A stretch of DNA of 64,000 bases from an uncultured Ruminococcus sp. (GCA_937920725.1 CALEUW010000018.1:123447-187446), one strand, 5' to 3'. Positions 38,701 through 49,396 are shown, numbered from the stretch's first letter. The notes: generated from the letters alone by a model not told the origin. Translations and numbers: made by a program.

Positions 38701-40689
38701 ATGAGCAAAAAATTAAATAACGGTAATGCCAAGTCAGAAAGAGTGGCATCGAAAAGAGATCTCAAGCGTTATTCGTGGAGCGGGGTTAAGGACGAAGAGC
38801 TTACAGATCTTTTCACTATTGATGTGCCTGAAAAAAGTAAGTCTTATGAGATAAACAAGACTGCTGAGAAAAGCTCGGCTGAGCCGAAGAGAAAGCAGAC
38901 AAGCAGCGCCAAAAAGCAGACGAGATCGGATTCGCCAAAGCGCAGAACAAGTCGGCAGACAACTGCGGCAAAGACAAAAGCGCCCGCAAAATCTGCACAA
39001 AAGACTCAGAGCGCAAAGGCACAAAGACGCTCTACTCCGCTTAAAATAATACCGCTGGGCGGACTTAACGAGATCGGAAAAAACATGACGGTAATTGAAT
39101 GTGCAAACGATATTTTTATTATCGACTGCGGACTTGCGTTTCCGGATTCTGAAATGCTTGGAGTAGATCTTGTTCTGCCTGATTACACATATTTAGAGAA
39201 AAATGCTCAAAAGATCAGGGGAATTATTTTGACTCACGGTCATGAGGATCACATAGGCGGACTTCCTTATTTTTTAAACAAGATAAACGTGCCTGTATAC
39301 GGAACACGACTTACTATCGGACTTGTTGAAGGAAAGCTCAAAGAGGCGGGACTTTTAGGGAGAGTGACGTTATCTGTTGTAAAACCGGGAGATACAGTTA
39401 AGCTTGGCTGTATGGCTGTTGAGCTTATAAGAGTAAACCATTCTATACCTGACGCTGTAGGCATGGCTATTTTTACACCTGCCGGAATCTTAGTTCACAC
39501 AGGCGACTTTAAGGTTGATTTTACACCTATTGAAGGCGGAGCAATTGATCTCGCAAGATTTGCAGAACTGGGTAACAGGGGTGTTTTGGCTCTTATGTCT
39601 GATTCTACGAATTCGGAGCGTCCAGGTTTTACAATGAGTGAGAGAAAGGTCGGCGAAAGCTTTTCAAAGCTTTTTCAAAAGGCTGACGGGAAGAGAATTA
39701 TAATAGCAACATTTGCTTCTAATATTCACCGTGTTCAGCAAATAATTGACCGTGCTATAAAGGACGGACGAAAGGTTGCGGTTTCAGGAAGAAGCATGGT
39801 CAATGTTATGCAAAAGGGGCGAGAGCTTGGATATCTTAAATGTCCCGATAATATTTTAATTGATATTGATGAAATAAACAGGTATGCGCCTGAGAAGCTT
39901 GTTATAATTACAACGGGAAGCCAGGGCGAGCCTATGTCGGCGCTTACCAGAATGGCAAGAAACGATCACAGGCAGGTTTCCATTACTCCTATGGACTTTA
40001 TAATTATCTCTGCAACTCCTATTCCGGGAAATGAAAAGGGCGTTACAAATGTTGTAAACAGCCTTATGAAACTCGGCGCAGAGGTAATATATGAATCTAT
40101 GTACGATGTTCACGTTTCGGGACACGCTTGCCAGGAGGAGCAGAAGATGCTGCTGTCCTTGGTAAAGCCGAAGTATTTTATCCCGGTGCACGGCGAATAT
40201 AAGCATTTATCACGTCATGCACAAACGGCAAACGCTACGGGAATAGATTATAAAAACATTATTATAGCAGATCTCGGCAGCGTTATTGAAACTGACGGCG
40301 TTGATATGAGGATAACAGGCTCTGTACCGGCAGGAAAGGTTTTAGTGGACGGACTTGGAGTCGGAGATGTTGGAGTTATTGTTCTTCGGGACAGAAAGCA
40401 TTTGGCGGAGGACGGACTTATTATTGCTGTAGCTGCTATAGACAGCGAAAACCGAACAGTTCTTTCAGGTCCTGATATTGTATCTCGCGGATTTGTATAT
40501 GTAAGAGAAGCCGAGGAGCTTTTAGACGGAGCAAAGGAGCTTTTGTATGATTGTCTTAAAAGCTGTCTTGATCACTCTGTTTACGAGTGGAGTACAATGA
40601 AAAATAAAATGAAGGAATCGCTCTCAAATTACATTTACCAAAAGACTAAACGAAGCCCTATGATACTGCCGATAATAATGGAAGTCTAG
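38701..40689 (+). CDS. rnj: ribonuclease J (beta-CASP metallo-beta-lactamase RNase) with ~110-aa basic N-terminal extension
   Basis: ...LKIIPLGGLNEIGKNMTVIE...ILTHGHEDHIGGLPYFL..., preceded by a K/R/S/T/A-rich low-complexity N-terminus. RBS AGGAAAGG. Confidence 0.9.
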   Translation: MSKKLNNGNAKSERVASKRDLKRYSWSGVKDEELTDLFTIDVPEKSKSYEINKTAEKSSAEPKRKQTSSAKKQTRSDSPKRRTSRQTTAAKTKAPAKSAQKTQSAKAQRRSTPLKIIPLGGLNEIGKNMTVIECANDIFIIDCGLAFPDSEMLGVDLVLPDYTYLEKNAQKIRGIILTHGHEDHIGGLPYFLNKINVPVYGTRLTIGLVEGKLKEAGLLGRVTLSVVKPGDTVKLGCMAVELIRVNHSIPDAVGMAIFTPAGILVHTGDFKVDFTPIEGGAIDLARFAELGNRGVLALMSDSTNSERPGFTMSERKVGESFSKLFQKADGKRIIIATFASNIHRVQQIIDRAIKDGRKVAVSGRSMVNVMQKGRELGYLKCPDNILIDIDEINRYAPEKLVIITTGSQGEPMSALTRMARNDHRQVSITPMDFIIISATPIPGNEKGVTNVVNSLMKLGAEVIYESMYDVHVSGHACQEEQKMLLSLVKPKYFIPVHGEYKHLSRHAQTANATGIDYKNIIIADLGSVIETDGVDMRITGSVPAGKVLVDGLGVGDVGVIVLRDRKHLAEDGLIIAVAAIDSENRTVLSGPDIVSRGFVYVREAEELLDGAKELLYDCLKSCLDHSVYEWSTMKNKMKESLSNYIYQKTKRSPMILPIIMEV

Positions 40690-41148
40690 TTTAATTCGGA
40701 ATTATTTGAATTGACAGATTGACAGTGATAATGGACAATTGAATTCAGAAATCAGAATTAAAATTCGATAGAATAAAATGCATTCCTGTACATTACCGTC
40801 AGGAGCTGACTCGAACATACAATATAACTTTCACGCCAAATCTGCTGAGCAGGCGGCCGCCGGTGGCGGAAACAGGGAGTTTGTGAAGGGAAGAAATAAG
40901 GAGAATTTCGATGGCGTAAGCCTACGAAAGGCGACTATATTTCTGACCGTATTACAGAGGGAAAACCAAGGAACGAATTCTTTCAAAACTCTGGGGAAGT
41001 CCTTCTGCTTTTGAGGGGGGTTATTATCCTGCCCCTTTTCCTAGGTTTGCCCTCTGAGAAGCAAGAAGCTAGAGAATTTGTAATCAGCGAGCATTTGAGT
41101 TATTATAAATTATTCGGTACACTTAGTTCCGAATAAGGGAGGTAAACT

Positions 41149-43134
41149 ATGAAAAAGAAAGTGCAGATACCCTTGATTGCAGCGTTTATACTGCTTTGCA
41201 TATCAGCGGTATTCACAGCGATTTATATAATTGCCGGAAACGGTACACGAAACGTTGGAATTGCTGCTTTTGTGATTGACACTATAATGATCGCAGTGCT
41301 TTTGCTTTATTTTGCTGTTACCGAAAACCGAAAGCTTAAATATGTAGCGAAAATGTCGCATGATTTAAAGTATACTCAAAGAGAAACTCTTTATAATTTT
41401 CCGGCACCTGTTTTAATTGTCGATAATGACAGGACTGTAGTTTGGGTGAATGAGCGTTTTTCAAAGGAACTTTATTCAGAAAACGAAGCTTTCGGTATGA
41501 AAGTATCAGATCTGTTTTTTGTAAATTTCGATATGATGTTCCACAAGCAGGGAACAGTTGTAAGAATTCATAACCGTTATTATATAGCTAAAGCTACAAG
41601 ACCGGAAAGAGAAGTAAACGGTCTTATAATGATTTATTTAAACGATGAAACTGAATTTCAGGAATTAAAGAATGAGTATACTCTTTCTCACCCATCAGTT
41701 ATGATAATTTCGGTTGATAACTATGACGATGCGCTTCAAAATTCAAGAGCTAGCGAAAAAAGTACGATCGTCGGAGAAATCGAAAGGCTCGTCGAGGATT
41801 TTATTGATTCTACAACGGGTATTGCAGTAAACATTTCTTCTTCAAGGTTTGTTGTAGTAATTGAAGAAAGACACTTAAGAAGATGTATTGAAAATAAATT
41901 TGATATTTTAAATAAGGCGAGAGATATTTTAGTCGGAGGAAGTCAGCCTATAACACTTTCAATCGGAATCGGAAAAGACGCTGCTACTCTTTCTCAAAGC
42001 GAGGCGTATGCAAGACAGGCTCTTGATATGTGTTTGGGAAGAGGCGGAGATCAGGTCGCAATCAAAAACGAATCGGGATTTGAGTTTTACGGCGGAATAT
42101 CAAAGGGCTATGAGCGAAGAACAAAGGTCAGAAGCCGTGTAATTGCAAATGCTCTTGCAGAGGTTATAAAAGAATCGGACATTGTGTTTATAATGGGACA
42201 CCGAAACGGAGATCTTGACAGTATCGGCTCTGCAACAGGACTTTGTTCAGCGATAAGAAATATGGACAAACAGTCGTTTGTAGTTTGCGATCTTGAACAT
42301 AACCTTGCAACAGTTATGATAAATCACATTAACGCCAATGAAAAGGATACCTACTACATACCGCCGCAAATGGCCATGTCGATAAAAACAGACCAAAGCG
42401 CTTTGGTTATTGTAGATACGCACAATCCGGATATTTTAGACAGCACTGAGTTTTATAAAATGTTTGATAAAGTAATTGTTGTTGATCATCATAGAAGAAT
42501 GGTGAATTCAGTTGAGAACGCAGTTATTTTTTATAATGAGCCGAATGCTTCATCCGCATCTGAAATGGTAGCAGAGCTGGTGCAGTATTTATCCGAGAAT
42601 ACCAGACTTGCACCTCATATAGCCGAGAGCTTGCTTGCAGGAATAATGCTTGATACCAAAAACTTTGTCATGAAAACAGGTGTGAGAACATTTGAAGCAG
42701 CGGCATACTTAAAACGGCAGGGGGCAGATACGATCGCCGTCAAAACAATGTTCGCAACTCCTATTGACACATATCGTGAAAAGTCAAAGCTAATAAGTGA
42801 AGCCGAGCTTTACGGCACATGCGCTATAGCTGTCGGCGACGGCAATAACGATGCGGTTCGTCTTGCGGCGGCACAGGCAGCAGACGAGCTTTTGGGAGTT
42901 TCGGGAATAAAGGCAGCTTTCGTGCTTTATGAAAGCAACGCAATGACCGCAATGAGTGCAAGAAGCATGGGCGATGTAAATGTTCAGGTTATTATGGAGG
43001 CACTCGGCGGCGGCGGACATCACAATATGGCAGGAACGCAGGTTAATATGAATCTGAGTGCAGCTAAAGAAAAGCTTAAAGAAGTGCTTTTAGAGAATGT
43101 CGAGGGTTATTCTGAAATGATTAAGGAGGATTAG
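41149..43134 (+). CDS. gdpP: cyclic-di-AMP phosphodiesterase GdpP (2xTM-PAS-degenerate GGDEF-DHH/DHHA1)
   Basis: Two N-terminal TM helices, ...VVDHHRR... (DHH) and ...[10 protein letters not shown]... (DHHA1). The gdpP-rplI-dnaB gene order is conserved. Confidence 0.85.
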   Translation: MKKKVQIPLIAAFILLCISAVFTAIYIIAGNGTRNVGIAAFVIDTIMIAVLLLYFAVTENRKLKYVAKMSHDLKYTQRETLYNFPAPVLIVDNDRTVVWVNERFSKELYSENEAFGMKVSDLFFVNFDMMFHKQGTVVRIHNRYYIAKATRPEREVNGLIMIYLNDETEFQELKNEYTLSHPSVMIISVDNYDDALQNSRASEKSTIVGEIERLVEDFIDSTTGIAVNISSSRFVVVIEERHLRRCIENKFDILNKARDILVGGSQPITLSIGIGKDAATLSQSEAYARQALDMCLGRGGDQVAIKNESGFEFYGGISKGYERRTKVRSRVIANALAEVIKESDIVFIMGHRNGDLDSIGSATGLCSAIRNMDKQSFVVCDLEHNLATVMINHINANEKDTYYIPPQMAMSIKTDQSALVIVDTHNPDILDSTEFYKMFDKVIVVDHHRRMVNSVENAVIFYNEPNASSASEMVAELVQYLSENTRLAPHIAESLLAGIMLDTKNFVMKTGVRTFEAAAYLKRQGADTIAVKTMFATPIDTYREKSKLISEAELYGTCAIAVGDGNNDAVRLAAAQAADELLGVSGIKAAFVLYESNAMTAMSARSMGDVNVQVIMEALGGGGHHNMAGTQVNMNLSAAKEKLKEVLLENVEGYSEMIKED

Positions 43135-43136
43135 AT

Positions 43137-43586
43137 ATGAAGGTTATATTTTTAAAAGATGTAAAAGGTTCAGGAAAAGCAGGAGAGGTAAAGAATGTTG
43201 CAGACGGATATGCAAGAAATCTTTTAATTGCAAAAGGACTTGCCGTTGAGGCTACAAATAAGAATTTAAACGAGCTTAAGGGAAAGCAGGAGTCGATTCA
43301 GCATAAAAAGGACGTTGAGAAATCAGATAACGAACAGATCGCAAAAGCCTTAAGCGGAAAAACAGTGGCTGTTAAGGCAAAAGCCGGAAATGGTGGAAAG
43401 CTTTTCGGTGCAGTTACTCCGGCCTATATATCGCAGGAAATTGAAAAGCAGTACGGGGTAAAGCTTGACAAGAAAAAGATATCCTTAAAGGGCGGGGATA
43501 TAAAAACCTATGGCGACTTTGAGGCTGCGGTTAAATTGTCGCAGGGAGTTTCTTTTTCAGTTCAGGTAACAGTAAGTGAAGAATGA
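43137..43586 (+). CDS. rplI: 50S ribosomal protein L9
   Basis: [31 protein letters not shown]... Confidence 0.9.
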   Translation: MKVIFLKDVKGSGKAGEVKNVADGYARNLLIAKGLAVEATNKNLNELKGKQESIQHKKDVEKSDNEQIAKALSGKTVAVKAKAGNGGKLFGAVTPAYISQEIEKQYGVKLDKKKISLKGGDIKTYGDFEAAVKLSQGVSFSVQVTVSEE

Positions 43587-43628
43587 TTGAGTGTGCCGAC
43601 AGTATAAATAATTTTAGAGGGTTTTACA

Positions 43629-44972
43629 ATGGATTTTGTATCAGATGCAGGGATTTCTCAGCTTCCTGTTAGCCTGGAAGCTGAACAGACTGTTCTCGGA
43701 GGAATACTTATAGACGCAAAAAGAGCGCTTCCTGTTGTTATCGAGCGTGTAAAGGCTGATTTTTTCTACAGCGAACAGCATAGGGCAATTTTTGCGATAA
43801 TGCAGAGAATGTTTACGTCAAATCAAAATGTCGATATTATCACCGTTGCGAACGAAGCTCAAAGAATGGGTGTATTTGAAACTGAGATAATGGCAAGAAC
43901 ATATCTTAAAGGGATGGCCGAAGGTGTTCCCAGCGTTTCAAATATTGAAAGCTACTGCGATATTTTAGAGGAAAAATACTATTTGCGTTCTTTGATAATT
44001 GCGTCGAGAGAGATAATCGACAATGCCCAAAATTCATCTTTGGACGCTAAAACCTTACTTGACAGCGCAGAGCAGAAAATTTACGATATAAGAAAAGGTA
44101 AAGACGCAGAGGGGCTTACAAAAATCGAGAGCATAATTTTAGATTCGTATCAGCATCTTCAGCAGATAACCGGTGATGATAAGGATAAATATCTAGGTGC
44201 TAAAACCGGATTTTCAAAGCTCGATCAGATTACAAGCGGACTTAACAAATCCGACCTTATTATAGTTGCAGCAAGACCGGGTATGGGAAAATCCGCATTT
44301 GCGCTCAACATCGCTACTAATATGTGTAAAAGAAGCGATAAGGAAGTGGCTATATTTTCTCTTGAGATGGGTAAGGAGCAGATGGTTACCCGTATGCTTT
44401 CCAGCGAATCGCTGGTGAGCAACGGAGTTTTGCGTTCGGGAAGTCTTGAGGTTGAGGACTGGAATAAGCTTGCTGAGGGAGCGGCATCGCTTTCTGAGAT
44501 GCCGATATATATTGACGATACGGCGGGAGTTACTGTTCCTCAGATGAAAGCGAAGCTCAGACGAATGAGAAACCTGGGACTTGTTGTTATCGACTATCTC
44601 CAGCTTATGGAGAGTGCAGGCAAGCATTCAAACAGAGTAAATGAGGTTTCTGAAATAACAAGACAGCTTAAGCTTATGGCTAAAGAACTTAATGTTCCGG
44701 TTATTTGCCTTTCACAGCTTGCAAGAGGACCTGAAAACAGACAGGATCACCGTCCTATGCTTGCCGATCTGCGTGAATCCGGTTCTATCGAGCAGGACGC
44801 AGATATTGTTTTGTTTTTGTACCGTGACGGATACTATAATGAAGAGCTTGAAAATCAAAGCGAGGCTGAATGTATAATATCCAAAAACCGACACGGCGAA
44901 ACGGGGACGGTAAAGCTTGCATGGCTTGGCGAATATACGCTTTTCAGAAGTCTTGACACCACAGCAAGATAA
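43629..44972 (+). CDS. dnaB: replicative DNA helicase
   Basis: ...GILIDAK...Walker A ARPGMGKSAFALNIA... DLRESGSIEQDADIV... Confidence 0.9.
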   Translation: MDFVSDAGISQLPVSLEAEQTVLGGILIDAKRALPVVIERVKADFFYSEQHRAIFAIMQRMFTSNQNVDIITVANEAQRMGVFETEIMARTYLKGMAEGVPSVSNIESYCDILEEKYYLRSLIIASREIIDNAQNSSLDAKTLLDSAEQKIYDIRKGKDAEGLTKIESIILDSYQHLQQITGDDKDKYLGAKTGFSKLDQITSGLNKSDLIIVAARPGMGKSAFALNIATNMCKRSDKEVAIFSLEMGKEQMVTRMLSSESLVSNGVLRSGSLEVEDWNKLAEGAASLSEMPIYIDDTAGVTVPQMKAKLRRMRNLGLVVIDYLQLMESAGKHSNRVNEVSEITRQLKLMAKELNVPVICLSQLARGPENRQDHRPMLADLRESGSIEQDADIVLFLYRDGYYNEELENQSEAECIISKNRHGETGTVKLAWLGEYTLFRSLDTTAR

Positions 44973-45029
44973 ATTTTTACGGCACCGTCTGAATAATTTC
45001 ACTCGGTGTTTCATTTTATAGATAAAGTT

Positions 45030-45216
45030 ATGATTTAAAATTTTGTCGCGTAGGCGGACATGTGCCGACGCAGCGACACTTTGAGAGAAAATCGGCGGTA
45101 CGAGCCGATTTTCGACGAAAAGGGGAGTACCCAGGGAAAAACGCAGAGCAAGACAGGTATCTGTCGCCGTGAGTGTGTTTGTCCCCTCAATGCGTGCTCG
45201 ACTTTGTCGACACGCT
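45030..45216 (+). repeat. ~190-bp structured intergenic repeat, copy A (direct orientation)
   Basis: Near-identical to the reverse complement of 50589-50780. It contains the perfect 10-bp-stem hairpin GAAAATCGGC-ggtacga-GCCGATTTTC and the GTCGAC-ttt-GTCGAC hairpin. Confidence 0.6.
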
Positions 45217-45254
45217 ATTCACTCGGTGCTTAATGTGTTTTAAAAGGAGTTTTT

Positions 45255-46577
45255 ATGCTTTTAGATAAAGTATATGAGTTTTTGTCGGGGAGAGATATCT
45301 TTTCAAAGGGCGACAGAGTTCTTGTGGCGTTGTCCGGGGGTGCAGACAGCACGGCTTTGCTTTCTGCTTTGTGTACACTCAGAGAAAGGCTTGGAATAAA
45401 AGTATCGGCGTTTCATATGAACCATAATCTTCGTGGAGAAGAGAGCATTCGTGATGAGGAGTTTTGCAAGAGCTTATGTAACAGACTTGGAGTTGACATT
45501 AAGGTTGTAAGCGAGGATGTTATGTCGTTTTGCAGGGAGAATTCTTTATCGACCGAAGAGGGAGCAAGAATTTTGCGATATAGAGCGCTTGAGAAAGAGC
45601 CGTATGATAAAATAGCAACGGCGCATACTTTAAATGATTCTTTTGAAACCTGTCTTTTTAATCTTGCAAGAGGAACAGCTTTAAAGGGTTTGACTGGAAT
45701 TTCTGAAAGAAGAGGAAAAATCGTCCGCCCGTTTATTGAGATTACAAGAGCCGAGATAGAGGAGTATCTTCACAGTATAAAACAGGACTACGTCACCGAT
45801 TCAACCAATCTGACAAATGATTATAAAAGAAACTTTATACGCCATGAAATCGTACCTAAAATGATTCAGGTAAACATTTCGGCGATTGAAAATTTTAAAA
45901 ATACTGCTCGTGCTTTAAATAATGACGAAAAATTTCTGGATAATTATTCAAGAGAAATTTTTTATAAGCATGTTAAAAGAGAAAACGGGTATAGCATAAA
46001 AGAGTTGTTAAAACAAAATCCTGCAGTTTTAAACAGAATAGCGGTAATGATTTTAAAGGAAAATAATATAGAAGTAAATACAAAGCGTATAAATGATTTA
46101 AAATACACTATGACCGACGGTAAACAGACAAATCTTTCAAAGGATGTATACTGCTTTATCGGTGACGACGGGGATTTAAAAATAGGCAAGGCAGAAAATG
46201 AAGAATGGATCTCGGTTGAAAAGCTCATAGAGCTTGATAAAAGCGAAACGTTTTTTGATAAGAGAGTTACCATAAAAACAGCTTACAACAATGATTTTAA
46301 TAGATTGTTCACAATGTTTGAGCTTGACTGTGATAAAATTAGGGGTAACATTGTTTTAAGAAACCGAAAAAGTGGTGATAAGGTGAAGCTTTCGGGACGT
46401 CAGCATACCACGCTTCTTAAAAAGGCATATAACAGCAGATTAAATCCGAGAGAAAGAATAAGCAATGTTATTTTGAGTGACAGCGAGGGAATAATATTCG
46501 TTGAGAATTTTTCAGTAGCAGAAAGAGTTAAAGCTGATGAGAACACAAAAAACAAGGCAGTTGTTATAATAGAATAA
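45255..46577 (+). CDS. tilS: tRNA(Ile)-lysidine synthetase
   Basis: PP-loop VLVALSGGADSTALL... Confidence 0.85.
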   Translation: MLLDKVYEFLSGRDIFSKGDRVLVALSGGADSTALLSALCTLRERLGIKVSAFHMNHNLRGEESIRDEEFCKSLCNRLGVDIKVVSEDVMSFCRENSLSTEEGARILRYRALEKEPYDKIATAHTLNDSFETCLFNLARGTALKGLTGISERRGKIVRPFIEITRAEIEEYLHSIKQDYVTDSTNLTNDYKRNFIRHEIVPKMIQVNISAIENFKNTARALNNDEKFLDNYSREIFYKHVKRENGYSIKELLKQNPAVLNRIAVMILKENNIEVNTKRINDLKYTMTDGKQTNLSKDVYCFIGDDGDLKIGKAENEEWISVEKLIELDKSETFFDKRVTIKTAYNNDFNRLFTMFELDCDKIRGNIVLRNRKSGDKVKLSGRQHTTLLKKAYNSRLNPRERISNVILSDSEGIIFVENFSVAERVKADENTKNKAVVIIE

Positions 46578-46727
46578 AATATATAGGGCTGTTAATATCA
46601 TATAATTATCACAATAATGTTTTACATTAGTTAAGAATTACCGAAGTCGGATATGATGTGTTTTCGGCGAAGATGGTATTTTAAAAGCAATTTATGAATA
46701 AATGAAATAGAAAAAGGAGTTGGTAGG

Positions 46728-48620
46728 ATGAAGAGTAACAGAAACAAGAGCTTACTCGCATACCTTTTGGTATCTGCCGCTGTGATTTTCGGACTGGTAT
46801 TTTTGTTGAATAATATCACAGGTACGAATAACAGCAATGTAAAGTATTCGGAGGTTTTATCATATTTTGATAACCTTGAGGTTTCTGAGTTTGAGCTTGA
46901 TCTTGGAAGCGGAGAGCTTAATTATACACTGAAAAGCGACGATACTTCAAAGCTTCGTTCGGGAAAGTATGCTCATAGCTATAAAGTTCCGTCAGTAACG
47001 GCTTTTCATAACAGACTGTTTAATGAGAGCTATGATTATTTGAAGCTGTACAATGCAGAGAATGAAAAAGCTCCGCTTAAGATGAATCTTATTGAAGCTA
47101 AAGACAACAGCTTCTGGATAAGCCTTTTACCTGTAATTTTGATTATCGGATCAACGGTTTTATTGTTCGTTATGATGATGAAAAGTCAGGGCGGCGGAAA
47201 AATCGGAGGATTCGGAAAGGCAAATGCCAAGCAGCATTTAAACACCGGAAAGAAAGCAACATTTGCCGATGTAGCCGGAGCTGATGAGGAGAAAGAGGAA
47301 CTTGAAGAAATAGTAGATTTTCTTAAAAATCCGAAGAAGTTTGATTCTATCGGTGCAAGAGTTCCTAAAGGAGTTTTGCTAATGGGACCTCCGGGAACAG
47401 GTAAAACGCTTTTGGCAAGAGCTGTTGCGGGTGAAGCGGGAGTTCCGTTTTTCTCAATTTCGGGTTCTGATTTCGTTGAAATGTTTGTTGGTGTGGGAGC
47501 TTCAAGAGTTAGGGATCTTTTCGGTGAGGCGAAGAAGAATGCGCCCGCTATCATATTTATAGATGAGATCGATGCTGTAGGACGTCAAAGAGGAGCAGGA
47601 CTTGGCGGAGGACACGATGAAAGGGAGCAGACGTTAAACCAGCTTCTTGTTGAAATGGACGGCTTTGCTGGTAATGAAGGAATTATAGTTATGGCGGCAA
47701 CAAACCGCCGTGATATTCTTGATCCTGCGCTTTTGCGTCCGGGAAGATTTGACAGGCAGATTCTGGTATCTTATCCGGATGTAAAGGGAAGAGAAGAGAT
47801 TTTAAAGGTTCACGCTAAAAACAAACCGTTAGCGCCTGATGTTGATCTTAAAACTATTGCGAAAACAACAGTTGGATTTACCGGAGCTGATCTTGAAAAT
47901 CTTATAAATGAAGCAAGTCTTTTGGCTGCAAGAAAGAACAAAAAAGCGATAACCAAGGAGGATATGGAGGAAGCTTCAATTAAGGTAATTGCGGGACCTG
48001 AGAAAAAGTCGAAGGTAGTTACGGATAACGAAAAGAAGCTGACGTCTTATCACGAGGCAGGACACGCAATCTGCACATATTATTGCAGCTCGCAGGATAA
48101 GGTTCACCAGGTTTCGATAATTCCGAGAGGAATGGCAGGCGGATATACGCTTTCGCTGCCTGAAAAGGATAAGTCCTTTGTTTCAAGAGGTGAGATGAGA
48201 GAAAAGATAGTTGTTTTGCTTGGAGGACGAGTAGCCGAAAAAATCATTTTAGATGATATTTCAACAGGTGCTTCCAACGACCTTGAACGTGCAACCTCAA
48301 CAGCAAGGGATATGGTTACAAGATACGGATTTTCCGAGAAACTCGGTCCTATAGTTTACGGACACGATGAATCACAAGTGTTCTTAGGAAGAGATTACGC
48401 CGGAGGAAATCATTATTCCGAGGCAATAGCAGCTCAGATAGATAATGAGATAAAGAATCTTATCGAGAGCTGTTTTGAGGATGCTGAAAAGCTTTTGAGA
48501 GAGAATATCGACAAGCTACATGCGGTTGCGGCTTATTTGTTTAAACATGAAAAAATTGACGGAAACGAGTTTGAAGCAATTATGCAGGGAACACTTTCGG
48601 CAGACAGCGAAGAAGAATAG
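46728..48620 (+). CDS. ftsH: ATP-dependent zinc metalloprotease FtsH
   Basis: N-terminal TM, Walker A ([23 protein letters not shown]) and the HEAGH zinc motif. Confidence 0.95.
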   Translation: MKSNRNKSLLAYLLVSAAVIFGLVFLLNNITGTNNSNVKYSEVLSYFDNLEVSEFELDLGSGELNYTLKSDDTSKLRSGKYAHSYKVPSVTAFHNRLFNESYDYLKLYNAENEKAPLKMNLIEAKDNSFWISLLPVILIIGSTVLLFVMMMKSQGGGKIGGFGKANAKQHLNTGKKATFADVAGADEEKEELEEIVDFLKNPKKFDSIGARVPKGVLLMGPPGTGKTLLARAVAGEAGVPFFSISGSDFVEMFVGVGASRVRDLFGEAKKNAPAIIFIDEIDAVGRQRGAGLGGGHDEREQTLNQLLVEMDGFAGNEGIIVMAATNRRDILDPALLRPGRFDRQILVSYPDVKGREEILKVHAKNKPLAPDVDLKTIAKTTVGFTGADLENLINEASLLAARKNKKAITKEDMEEASIKVIAGPEKKSKVVTDNEKKLTSYHEAGHAICTYYCSSQDKVHQVSIIPRGMAGGYTLSLPEKDKSFVSRGEMREKIVVLLGGRVAEKIILDDISTGASNDLERATSTARDMVTRYGFSEKLGPIVYGHDESQVFLGRDYAGGNHYSEAIAAQIDNEIKNLIESCFEDAEKLLRENIDKLHAVAAYLFKHEKIDGNEFEAIMQGTLSADSEEE

Positions 48621-48642
48621 ATTTATTTATTGTTTTAACAGG

Positions 48643-48716
48643 GCGGACAAATGAGTCCGCTTTGTTGTTTAATAAATAAGAGACTGCAACGTCATTTTCT
48701 GAATTCGCAGTCTCTT
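48643..48716. terminator. two tandem hairpin terminators between convergent ftsH and doc
   Basis: GCGGAC...GTCCGC+TTTGTTG, and AAGAGACTGC...GCAGTCTCTT flanked by T-runs on both strands. Confidence 0.6.
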
Positions 48717-48779
48717 TGTATAGCTGATATTTCACTTATATTTTTGTTGCCAATTTCAACGTTTAGCTATGCAGGTCTT

Positions 48780-49157
48780 TTAAATCTGATGATTTATAAT
48801 CCATTTCACAATATTTTCGAAGGAACAATTACTTGACGAAACGCTTAGGATTATATTTGATAATTCTTCTTGTGTATACTCAAGCTCAATACCGTTGAGC
48901 GTGAGGAAAATGAGCATAACATGAGTTCCGATACGCTTATTCCCATCAACAAATGCATGATTTTTTATAAGGCCGAATCCGAGTCTTGCAGCTTTTTGTT
49001 GTATAGACGGAAAGGAATCGATACCATCAAAACTTTGAAACGGTGCATTTAATGCAGAGTCTAAAAGTCCCTCGTCATGAATGCCGTCTATGCCACCTGT
49101 TTCTTTTATCAATTCATGATGGAGAGAAATTATTTGTGCCTTCGTTAATTTTTTCAT
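48780..49157 (-). CDS. doc: Doc (Fic-domain) toxin of a type II toxin-antitoxin pair
   Basis: Fic/Doc motif HAFVDGNKRIGT. The start overlaps the upstream antitoxin stop (ATGA). Confidence 0.8.
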   Translation of the reverse strand: MKKLTKAQIISLHHELIKETGGIDGIHDEGLLDSALNAPFQSFDGIDSFPSIQQKAARLGFGLIKNHAFVDGNKRIGTHVMLIFLTLNGIELEYTQEELSNIILSVSSSNCSFENIVKWIINHQI

Positions 49158-49396
49158 TTTGCAAGCACCTCATAGGCTTGCTTGTTTTTTTCAATAAGAC
49201 GCTTGGAAATAGAAATAACATCTTCATCTGCGGCAACTTGCTCCTGTTCTGCTTGCTCAAACTCCACAATAAGATAACGTGGAACATTGTTTTTTAAAAT
49301 AACAGCAGCACCGTTCTCATCAACAAGTCTTGCAACTTTAGAAAAGTTTTGATTTGCTTCTGTGATAGACACAAGATTTTTTGTATTTACATTCAT
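49154..49396 (-). CDS. phd: Phd/YefM-family antitoxin
   Basis: Small acidic protein immediately upstream of doc and translationally coupled to it. GGAGG lies 8 nt before ATG 49396. Confidence 0.6.
   Translation of the reverse strand: MNVNTKNLVSITEANQNFSKVARLVDENGAAVILKNNVPRYLIVEFEQAEQEQVAADEDVISISKRLIEKNKQAYEVLAK

Noticed and set aside
40778-41014. 78-aa + ORF in the gdpP leader region.
   Set aside because: No SD, Gly/Ala-rich translation and an overlap with the GC-palindrome cluster. It is more likely part of a structured leader.
40960-41042. Identification of the gdpP leader as a c-di-AMP (ydaO-type) riboswitch.
   Set aside because: Only short, loose block similarities were seen. The pseudo-symmetric architecture could not be traced by eye, so it is kept as a hypothesis in the findings, not annotated as a feature.
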